This document shows, in pieces, positions 24,914-32,405 of a stretch of DNA of 32,405 nucleotides. Positions within the stretch are counted from its first letter, which is position 1. Each line of letters begins with the position of its first letter. The stretch lies in IMG/VR virus record IMGVR_UViG_3300025723_000123, positions 1 through 32,405 of that record. One strand, 5' to 3'. The stretch is from a virus. Lineage: Duplodnaviria > Caudoviricetes. The notes beneath the pieces were generated by a model. It was not told the DNA's origin. It was given only the letters and a program-made list of their open reading frames with translations, and made no database searches. A program made the translations under genes and the position numbers.

Positions 24914-24922
24914 ATGATAGCA
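24914..24922 (-). promoter_or_regulatory. Extended -10 promoter directly after the capsid terminator
   Basis: TG-C-TATCAT. Confidence 0.45.
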
Positions 24923-24945
24923 AAAAACCACCCCGTAGGGTGGTT
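24922..24945 (-). terminator. Intrinsic terminator after the major capsid gene
   Basis: Minus strand AACCACCC-TACG-GGGTGGTT then TTTT. Confidence 0.9.
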
Positions 24946-24965
24946 AAAATCCTCACGAGATTTTA

Positions 24966-25991
24966 TTAATAGGCAGCCGAAATAATCGTCATACCTTCTG
25001 GACGGATACCCCAACCAGAGGTGCTACGCATTGTGTAGAGGGTAGTAATACCACCGTCTGGCAATGGAGTAGGAATCTCTGTAGGTGCAGCTACGTCGCA
25101 GAGCATCAAAGATGTTGCAGTTGTATTTGGTGTCAATTCAGCAAATACGTTGGTGTTGATGCGTGAGTTTGCTTTAGGGATCTTGAGTTCTGGAGCAATC
25201 AAGATGATTGCGTCAGTACCGCCGTAACCTTGACCGATGAGTGTGTCATCAGCAGCGAAACTTACATCGTCACCACCTGCCCAAGACGCAACAGTTTCAA
25301 CCAATCCAGCGGCAGTTTCTACACCGGCGCCGATACGTTGGAACTGAGTCAATGAAACGATTCCGCCGTAAGAGATTTGTTGAATGAAGCGTTGTGGAGC
25401 AAGGAATACCAAGCGCAAAGGTTGACCAATTTGCAATGTAGTAGTTTTTAAGTTACCGATTGCATTTAGCAAGAACTGAGCTAATTGACCAGAATCCCAT
25501 GTGCTATAGCCAGTGTTACCGTTACTATCTGCGCCTAAGTTGATGCGAGTAGCGCCAGAAGTATTTAGCAAGCCTTCGCCGTTGGCTGGGTTGTAGCCAT
25601 AGAGAAGAGCGTTACGCAATTGCTGAGCAATACCTTGACGAGCAGCTAAACGGAGAGCCTCTGGGAGTGCATAACCCCAAGCACCAGTAGCAGCTTCATC
25701 GAAGTTGTCATACTGAGCGCGGGTTTGCAGACGATAAGTAGCAGTACTAATCATCGAAGGGATAACAGATGCGCTTGGCAACTGGTTAGCCGTAGATTGA
25801 TTAGCTGATACTTGGGTTGTCAACTGAACCTTTTTAGCATAAACATAAAGGTCAGCTTCACCAAGGCGTGGCATTGGGTTCTCTGTTGCCAGAGTTGTAA
25901 ACGCACCAGAAGCCAAACTGTACTGCATAATCAGCTCAGGCATCATGAAGTGTGGGTTTACTGTTACATACGAGGGTGCAAATCCTGACAT
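24966..25991 (-). CDS. Major capsid protein
   Basis: 341 aa, strong SD, strong codon bias, followed by a terminator; position after scaffold and decoration genes. Confidence 0.85.
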   Translation of the reverse strand: MSGFAPSYVTVNPHFMMPELIMQYSLASGAFTTLATENPMPRLGEADLYVYAKKVQLTTQVSANQSTANQLPSASVIPSMISTATYRLQTRAQYDNFDEAATGAWGYALPEALRLAARQGIAQQLRNALLYGYNPANGEGLLNTSGATRINLGADSNGNTGYSTWDSGQLAQFLLNAIGNLKTTTLQIGQPLRLVFLAPQRFIQQISYGGIVSLTQFQRIGAGVETAAGLVETVASWAGGDDVSFAADDTLIGQGYGGTDAIILIAPELKIPKANSRINTNVFAELTPNTTATSLMLCDVAAPTEIPTPLPDGGITTLYTMRSTSGWGIRPEGMTIISAAY

Positions 25992-26005
25992 GATCTATTC
26001 CTTTC

Positions 26006-26665
26006 TTAGATTAGGACAACTGCTACAGGAGCAGCAGATGAGCCACCAACGATGGTGTTAGACCAGTTAGCATTACCAGTACCAGAATTGTAATTAACAA
26101 TTTTGTTACCAGAAGTGCTGATACGCAAGATTTTGCAAGGTACTGCAAAGTTGCTCGTTGCTGTTGTTGTTAAACGAAGGTTAGTTGTATCCCAATATAC
26201 AGTTTCAGTAATGGAGCTACCAGCCAAAGCTACGATAGAAGCATCGCAAGGCAATGGAATACGAGCGCCGCTACCAAAACGGTAGAAGTTTACAGACATG
26301 CCGGGTGAATACAACGGTGCTGTGCTTTGTGGGGTTGTAATACCTTGGAAAGCTTGGTTAAACACGGCAATACCTGTTGGAGCAGCTACAGTAGATGCTT
26401 GAATAACAGTAGAGCCTAATGTGTCAGTACCGGGTTGTGTATCACCAGAGTAAACGCCTGATTGTGCTGTTGGAATTGTTTCAGCGATTGGAACTCCGCC
26501 CCATAAAGGAGAAGTAGCAGAAGTTGAAAGAACGCCACCAGCCAACCAGAATTTAACTGCTGGATCGTCGAGTGCATCACCTTGAGTAAAACCAGCGGAG
26601 TTGGTATTAAATAAGCCAGCAGCGTTGGTTGTTACCATTGGTTGTAGAGAAATTTGTGCGGTCAT
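26006..26665 (-). CDS. Capsid decoration/cement protein
   Basis: 'QGDALDDPA', 'PLWGGVPIAE', 'YRFGSGARIP'; upstream of the capsid gene. Confidence 0.75.
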   Translation of the reverse strand: MTAQISLQPMVTTNAAGLFNTNSAGFTQGDALDDPAVKFWLAGGVLSTSATSPLWGGVPIAETIPTAQSGVYSGDTQPGTDTLGSTVIQASTVAAPTGIAVFNQAFQGITTPQSTAPLYSPGMSVNFYRFGSGARIPLPCDASIVALAGSSITETVYWDTTNLRLTTTATSNFAVPCKILRISTSGNKIVNYNSGTGNANWSNTIVGGSSAAPVAVVLI

Positions 26666-26674
26666 GGCTTATCC

Positions 26675-27517
26675 TTAGCGCTTAAAATTTTCAGTATTAA
26701 ACTTCATTACCCGATGTGTTGGGAGCTTGAAGTCACCTAACCATGCTTCCATATCACCACGGTATTCAGTGATGGTACGACCAGCTTGGTCTTTTTTGTG
26801 CAATGCAATAAGTTGACCTTTAGCAATTGCACCAGTGCCACGGGAAGCAGCAAGAGCGTCAGCATAAACACGTTTTTCAACGATAGAAAGCATAGCTTCA
26901 TCTTTGATTGAGTTTACGTTGATATTCTTCATTTCGTCGCTATGCGCTTGCAAACCACGAACCATACGCTTACGGTAAGCAGTTAAGCTCTCACCTTGCA
27001 ATGGACGGGAAGCAGATTTACCGAAAGCAGAGTACACAGAGTCAGCTTTAGCTTGGCAATCAGCATAAGCAGCTTCTTCGTCATCGCACTTCTGAGCTTC
27101 TTCGTCGTCATCTTTACGGTCATCTTCTTCGTCGTCGTCTTTTTTGAACTCCATGTGACCCGGATGTTCAACTTCGCCTTCGTCGTCTGGTTTGATTTCG
27201 CCAGCTTTACCGTGCTCTTTAGGATCGGAACCTTCTGCATCCTTCTTAGCTTTACGCATCATGAATTTCTTAGCCTTGGCTTCAGACATATCGTCATCAT
27301 CCTTTTTGGCTTCTTCTTCTTCATCGTCGTCACAAGCTTCCATGTCGTCATCTTTTTTCGCTTTGGCTTTTTTATCAGCCGCAGTTACTAGTGGTGGCGC
27401 AGGAAGGTTTTTTTCCATTTCATCAATGCGAGTAATTGTTTTACTCAACAAAGATAGAATGGCATCTAATTTATCGCCTTGGGCATCTGCCTTTGGCTCA
27501 ATCTTATTTTCAGTCAT
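26675..27517 (-). CDS. Capsid scaffolding protein
   Basis: Highly charged, repeated (K/R)KDD and xDA motifs; likely start ATG 27517 with SD GAGGT. Confidence 0.75.
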   Translation of the reverse strand: MTENKIEPKADAQGDKLDAILSLLSKTITRIDEMEKNLPAPPLVTAADKKAKAKKDDDMEACDDDEEEEAKKDDDDMSEAKAKKFMMRKAKKDAEGSDPKEHGKAGEIKPDDEGEVEHPGHMEFKKDDDEEDDRKDDDEEAQKCDDEEAAYADCQAKADSVYSAFGKSASRPLQGESLTAYRKRMVRGLQAHSDEMKNINVNSIKDEAMLSIVEKRVYADALAASRGTGAIAKGQLIALHKKDQAGRTITEYRGDMEAWLGDFKLPTHRVMKFNTENFKR

Positions 27518-29303
27518 TTTCAGACACCTCATTGTTAGTTAATAAAACTCCAGCAGCGTCGCCGCCTTTGTCCCATACCCCTTTTGAACCTCTAGCTTTC
27601 GTAACGATTGCTATGTGATCCAAAAGGAATGGCACACCCTCAATCAAGAGTGGCTCGCCATTCTCGGTTGTAAGTGTAATGTTACCAGCAGTTTCATCAA
27701 AAACAACTGCTGGGGAAGTCGATACTTCGCCTTCCAAAATTTCATCTATTGCGGCTTGATCGTAAATCTTCGCAATACCCCAAACTTCATCGCCTTTAAT
27801 GTAAGGCATCAAAATACTGCCTACGGCGCGGTCTTTAAACTCTTGGGTAGTTAAAACTTGTGTTTCTGGATGATCCATAATCACCATCAAGCCATTACAG
27901 CGCTTTAAAAACTCATCGTTTAAATAAAGTGATGGATCACGCCATACATGTTCGCCAATGCTAGAACGGAACGCGAGTCCAGTGCCGGTAATACGAATTG
28001 CCAGCAAAGCAATATTGGCGTACATTTGGGGACTTGCCAAAATACCTTGACTGATTAATTCAGCAATATCAGTTTCAGTTTTGGCTTTCGCTACTTTAAA
28101 CGCTGTTTCCATACCCGGGTGAAGCGGGAATGGTGGGCTGTCAATATTGCACCAATCGAACCCAGTAGATTCGTAATTTAATTTAACATCGCCTTTTTCT
28201 ACATCGCGAGCGATGTAAGTACAAAATTCGCCGTCATCAAACAAGACTTCTAACTTGCCTTCATACTTTAAGCCTGTTTCTTCAAAACATTCACGGCGAG
28301 CCGCATCCTCTAAACTTTTATCTTGTTCGTTTTGGTGTCCACCGGGGACAGCCCAAGTGCCGGGATAATCACCGCCATTACCGCGGCGAATCAACAAAAT
28401 CTCTTCATCTTTAGTAACAAACATAATGCCCGCGCAACGTCCAGCAGCGCCCGCATCGTTAGCGACGGGTTCGACTACGGCTGGGGCTTCAGGTACTACT
28501 TCCATCGAATCTGGTACGCAATTCGGTACGCTTTTACCGTCTTTTTCTTTCATGCCATATTGGGTATAGCCTTCCCAACATGGATCTTCATCTGGAATAG
28601 TCTGTGCATACTCAATTAACGCATCGCACATTTCTTCTAAATGATTCTGCGCTTCATCCGCATCGCATTTCCATTTTTTCAATGCTTTGTTGATTCTAGA
28701 GTCGGGATCGTGCGCTGTTTTTTCGGAAGTAAGTTTGGCTTTCATACCCTTCATGCGGGCGCAGAAAGACTCTTTACGAGATCCGCCTTCAGGCTGCGGG
28801 GCTTTTAAATGGGCGCCATGTTCCTTGTTATAGGACTCGCGACCTTTTTCATTTAGCCCGCCATTCTTGTTTTTACCTTCTTTAGTCTGCCAAGCTTCAG
28901 AATCGTCGGTGCCAAAGCGAGGAACAACTTCCTCGTCGCAATCGTCGTCCTTTTTCATTTCTTGAATGTGCTGGGCTACTTGATATAGCTTTTCGCCAAT
29001 ATCTTTAATCTGTAGTTTTTGTAGTTCTTGGCTTAACGCGCCTTTACGAACCACAATATTGCTGTCAGTTTCATATTCAGCAGGGGCTAATAGCATGGGA
29101 GCAGACACTAAAGAATCTTCTTTAAGCGCGGTTACTTCCATTTCTTTGAGTAATAGCTCATTTAGCCATTCCATCTCTTCAGCTTCATTATCGTCTTTAT
29201 GTTTGATGAATTTTTCACCAACAGACTTCGGAATACCAATATTAGATTTACCTGCTGCGGCAGCGTACATCGCTTTTCGTTGGTTTTCCGACTTAAATGG
29301 CAT
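27510..29303 (-). CDS. Multi-module prohead protease (DUF2213-like) with NUDIX and small basic modules
   Basis: C-terminal 'IRITGTG', 'VIMDHP', 'VSTSP', 'LDHIAIV'; Nudix box 'PGG...AARRECFEETGL'; DUF6321-like module. Confidence 0.8.
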   Translation of the reverse strand: MPFKSENQRKAMYAAAAGKSNIGIPKSVGEKFIKHKDDNEAEEMEWLNELLLKEMEVTALKEDSLVSAPMLLAPAEYETDSNIVVRKGALSQELQKLQIKDIGEKLYQVAQHIQEMKKDDDCDEEVVPRFGTDDSEAWQTKEGKNKNGGLNEKGRESYNKEHGAHLKAPQPEGGSRKESFCARMKGMKAKLTSEKTAHDPDSRINKALKKWKCDADEAQNHLEEMCDALIEYAQTIPDEDPCWEGYTQYGMKEKDGKSVPNCVPDSMEVVPEAPAVVEPVANDAGAAGRCAGIMFVTKDEEILLIRRGNGGDYPGTWAVPGGHQNEQDKSLEDAARRECFEETGLKYEGKLEVLFDDGEFCTYIARDVEKGDVKLNYESTGFDWCNIDSPPFPLHPGMETAFKVAKAKTETDIAELISQGILASPQMYANIALLAIRITGTGLAFRSSIGEHVWRDPSLYLNDEFLKRCNGLMVIMDHPETQVLTTQEFKDRAVGSILMPYIKGDEVWGIAKIYDQAAIDEILEGEVSTSPAVVFDETAGNITLTTENGEPLLIEGVPFLLDHIAIVTKARGSKGVWDKGGDAAGVLLTNNEVSEND

Positions 29304-29314
29304 AGGTTAAAACC

Positions 29315-30115
29315 CTAGTAAATTTTCTTGGATTGTAACGCTTCTTTACCTTTTTGGGTAATCATTTCATCGGGCAGTTGACTCACTCGATATAAATATT
29401 TATACCGGCACCGGCAATATACCTCTTCGCCGGGTGCGACCACATCGTTAGTATATCCGCTTTTTGGCTTTACATAACCATCTTTTGCAGCCCAACTACC
29501 GCGTATTAAAAATATTTTTTCGTCTAGTTCGCGGTGATCTTCACGATAGTCATAGTTTGCTTGACGCCAATTGCTATGCCATTTTGCTGCAATTGCACCA
29601 TTATCGATAGCTACGATCTCATTGATATTGGCTACTAGCTTGTGAGTTTGGTCAATAATGACACGGCGTTCCTTAAATGGAAGCAACCCCAACTCTTTTT
29701 TAATGTGTTTTTTCTCTTCTTGGCGATCTACTGCATCGCTTCCGCCCACTGGGATCGAAGTCGCCCACCCTGCAAATCGACGCAAAGTATTACTAATTGA
29801 CTCTTCGCGGTTATATTTAATCAGATTGGCGCTTGCCATGATGCGGCGATCGAGTTCAGCTCGTAGCTTGGGAGTCAGTTTGGCTACCGTAAAACGGCTA
29901 ACATCCTTATTTACTAGCCCACCTTTGGTCACTAATCGATCAAAAGCACCTTTCAAAGAGCGTTCTAATTCTTTTTGCAGTGTTTGAGGCGTAATTAATG
30001 ATTTTACAGCAGCAGTTTTTAGCTCTTTTACCCAATAATCAAGCCTATTTTGGCTATCAAAGCCAAAACGCATGAAATCGTTGATAGCCGCTGTAAGGAC
30101 TTCATAGAAAGTCAC
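29315..30115 (-). CDS. Minor head morphogenesis protein (MuF/SPP1 gp7-like)
   Basis: 'IIDQTHKL', 'W.S....R.DH', 'PGEEVYCRC'; follows the portal. Confidence 0.85.
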   Translation of the reverse strand: MTFYEVLTAAINDFMRFGFDSQNRLDYWVKELKTAAVKSLITPQTLQKELERSLKGAFDRLVTKGGLVNKDVSRFTVAKLTPKLRAELDRRIMASANLIKYNREESISNTLRRFAGWATSIPVGGSDAVDRQEEKKHIKKELGLLPFKERRVIIDQTHKLVANINEIVAIDNGAIAAKWHSNWRQANYDYREDHRELDEKIFLIRGSWAAKDGYVKPKSGYTNDVVAPGEEVYCRCRYKYLYRVSQLPDEMITQKGKEALQSKKIY

Positions 30116-30118
30116 GGC

Positions 30119-31531
30119 TTAATCCTTGGATGGTGGCTCAGTTGGGGCAGTCAGTGGGGTAGGTGGCTCATACTCCATAATCTCTTCAATATCCAATTGC
30201 ATCGAAGATTTGAACATTTCTGGCATTTCTGACAGGTTGTCTTGCGCCCATTGAATCGCGCGGGCGCGGTTTTCAGGGTTTACTACTGGCAATAGGGTGC
30301 GAAGGATCTCGGTCATACCTTTGAGTTTAACTTCTTCAGTCTTAACCAACTCGCTTGGGGTTTCCTCAATCATGGAATCCCAAGTTGGGGTAAACGCATC
30401 TTTCCATTCATAGAACGCTTGTTCATACGTTTTTCCTGCGTACATGTCAGGATATTTATTCTGAATAGCTTCAAAGAATTGTTTGTTCCATGCGCGGTGC
30501 ATTACTATTTTGTCAAAGAACTCAAATAGGGTACGCATATCGTTGCGTAAACCTGTGACATATTGAGCGATCGCAATCGCGTCTTGGCTACCTTCTGCAA
30601 AGCTATTAGCTAGGGCTTCATCTTTTAGCAAGATGGCTGGCACGTCGGTTGCAGCGGCGATATTGGCAATAATATTATCTCGCGCCGTAGTCATCGCAGT
30701 ATCAGTATTGTTCAGGTCAATAGACTCGATATCTTCATCGATATCGATAGACAATACGTTACCGGTAACGCCTTGTTGCAGGTAGCTACGCTTAATTCCT
30801 GACGCAGTTTGCATCAAACGATTAACGATTGAGCCAGATTGTTTTTGCTTAATAACCAGCAGACCTGCTTTGAAAGTAACGAGGTCATCAGTGACCATGC
30901 TCTGTACAAACGACTTCAAAGGATACAGGGCGCGTTGGAATACAGAACGACCTGTGAAACCAAAACCAGATGGCTGGAAGCTTAAATAAATCGGCGTATT
31001 GTTAAACACAATACAGCTACGACTTGGATGATATGGTTGACCCGCAGCCGTAATGTAGGATAGCGGCTTTTGGAAATCTGGCGCGTTAGGGTTCTGATTG
31101 GTGACGGTTGAGCCAGCAAGGTTTAACGGGTCAAGTTTATTAAAATACAAATTTAAATCAGGTAGTTTCCAAGGATCAATTTCTTGGTCAGTTGGAACCC
31201 CTTCGGCGCCATAAACAATCGCAGCTACACCATACACACGTTTAAGAAAGGTTACGTCGCGAATAAGATTTGTAGCGTCTAGATTGTTCCACTCTTCATG
31301 AAATGCTTTAATGAGCATATCTTTTGGGTGGCAATCCATTGCGATTAAGCGTGGTTTTGCTAAAGCTAATACGATGGGTTTTTCAATAATTTTAGCGGCT
31401 AATGGATGATACTCAAAAATCGCTTTACAAGTCTGATATCCAACGGGACTGCCCGGCTCGATTGCTTCAGACTGCAAGAAATCCATTAGTGGGGAAGGTA
31501 AACCGGTATTTGATATAGTCACGTCAGACAT
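30119..31531 (-). CDS. Portal protein (DUF1073-like)
   Basis: 470 aa after the terminase; 'YHPSR', 'GRSVFQ', 'IAAATDVPAILL'. Confidence 0.85.
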   Translation of the reverse strand: MSDVTISNTGLPSPLMDFLQSEAIEPGSPVGYQTCKAIFEYHPLAAKIIEKPIVLALAKPRLIAMDCHPKDMLIKAFHEEWNNLDATNLIRDVTFLKRVYGVAAIVYGAEGVPTDQEIDPWKLPDLNLYFNKLDPLNLAGSTVTNQNPNAPDFQKPLSYITAAGQPYHPSRSCIVFNNTPIYLSFQPSGFGFTGRSVFQRALYPLKSFVQSMVTDDLVTFKAGLLVIKQKQSGSIVNRLMQTASGIKRSYLQQGVTGNVLSIDIDEDIESIDLNNTDTAMTTARDNIIANIAAATDVPAILLKDEALANSFAEGSQDAIAIAQYVTGLRNDMRTLFEFFDKIVMHRAWNKQFFEAIQNKYPDMYAGKTYEQAFYEWKDAFTPTWDSMIEETPSELVKTEEVKLKGMTEILRTLLPVVNPENRARAIQWAQDNLSEMPEMFKSSMQLDIEEIMEYEPPTPLTAPTEPPSKD

Positions 31532-31566
31532 AGATTATTCCCAAAAATATATTGCCCATAATACCA

Positions 31567-32405
31567 CTAGAATCCCAGTTTGTTACCTAGTCCAAGCGCA
31601 ATTCCGTAGACAGTAGCATCCAATAGATCGTCTGATCGTTTGTGAGCGTCTGGATCCCCTAGTCTAAACGAGGTTAGCTGAGTCAACAAGTGATTTCGTG
31701 TGGCGCCCTTAAATCCAACGGTTTTATTAAACGCAACATCACTAATTTTCACTAATTCTTGATGATAGTATCCAGAGATACTAACCACGCGCTCATCTTT
31801 GCCAACTTGTACCAGTTTACTGTCAATCCCGCGCATACTCCATCCGCGATTGTTGGCTTGCTGTAACAAGATCGAGCCAGTAGCTGTGTCCTCAACGAAC
31901 ACACCTGCGCTGCCGTATCTTGCCCCACAGCTCTTAGCTAACTCTTCTAGCTTATAGAACACACTTGGAATCCAGTGTTCTAATAGCCCGCCGTCAATTT
32001 GCACGATATCCCAATCTAGGATAGTTAGCGGTATGCCAAACTCATTGAGCGCGAAAAACACCACAGCCGTTCCGTCATGCTGTTTACCGCCTTTGACCGC
32101 CGTGTCCATGATGGCGTACACCGCATCGCAATTCTTGGGGTAGGCTACTGGCTGCTCGTCGACTAACAACTTTTCGGCTGATAGCAGGGCGATATTAGAC
32201 CAATCGACGAACTCGGCAAGATACTCTTGACGGAACACCATTGGATGGTTGCGTTCGCGTTCGCGTTCTAACTCATCTAACGGAACGTAAGGGTTTGTAC
32301 TAGTAGGCGCATGGAATGAGTGAAACCCTAAGTCGGGTTCTTGACAGGCTGAATAGAAGAAGTTGTCAGGGTCAATTCCGTTTGGCGTACTGAACACCCA
32401 CGCAA
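31567..32405 (-). CDS. terL: Terminase large subunit, C-terminal part (5' end outside the window)
   Basis: 'VFSTPNG' coupling motif, 'FRQEYLAEF', nuclease acidic residues 'MDTA.K', 'VED', 'DDLLDA'. Confidence 0.92.
   Translation of the reverse strand, partial: AWVFSTPNGIDPDNFFYSACQEPDLGFHSFHAPTSTNPYVPLDELERERERNHPMVFRQEYLAEFVDWSNIALLSAEKLLVDEQPVAYPKNCDAVYAIMDTAVKGGKQHDGTAVVFFALNEFGIPLTILDWDIVQIDGGLLEHWIPSVFYKLEELAKSCGARYGSAGVFVEDTATGSILLQQANNRGWSMRGIDSKLVQVGKDERVVSISGYYHQELVKISDVAFNKTVGFKGATRNHLLTQLTSFRLGDPDAHKRSDDLLDATVYGIALGLGNKLGF

Noticed and set aside
15036-30232. Remaining short overlapping or antisense ORFs in the structural region (e.g. 18621..19013, 19599..19982, 26996..27391, 27192..27542, 29658..29987)
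   Set aside because: They overlap conserved structural genes and have no recognisable domains.
1-32405. Integrase, att site or host genes indicating a prophage boundary
   Set aside because: None seen; lifestyle cannot be determined from this window.

Overview
A 32.4-kb piece of a contractile-tailed (myovirus-type) dsDNA phage. Its head, neck, tail and baseplate gene order resembles Bcep781/OP2-like phages, and the host is probably a Gram-negative (beta)proteobacterium (inference). Almost the whole window is one minus-strand late region. From the right it runs: terminase large subunit (partial), portal, MuF-like minor head protein, a multi-module NUDIX/prohead-protease protein, scaffold, decoration protein, major capsid, neck proteins, sheath, tube, tail chaperone (probable -1 frameshift), tape measure with an M15-type peptidase tip, baseplate, two fibres with paralogous N-termini (one has long Gly-X-Ser repeats), a glycosyltransferase/methyltransferase cluster, a lysis cassette (holin candidates, Rz with an unannotated embedded Rz1, GH24 lysozyme), a DksA/TraR-like zinc finger, a metallophosphoesterase and an Ntn-hydrolase. 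The first 1.24 kb holds short convergent plus-strand genes, including a DUF5664 diphosphohydrolase and a 43-aa phasin-like ORF behind a near-consensus sigma70 promoter with a PhaR-like operator. The most unusual non-coding items are a ~445-bp array of at least 13 different back-to-back palindromes at the convergence point (1228-1672) and a pseudoknotted, switch-like leader RNA downstream of the capsid gene (24819-24922). All family assignments come from motif recognition and gene context; no database searches were run.
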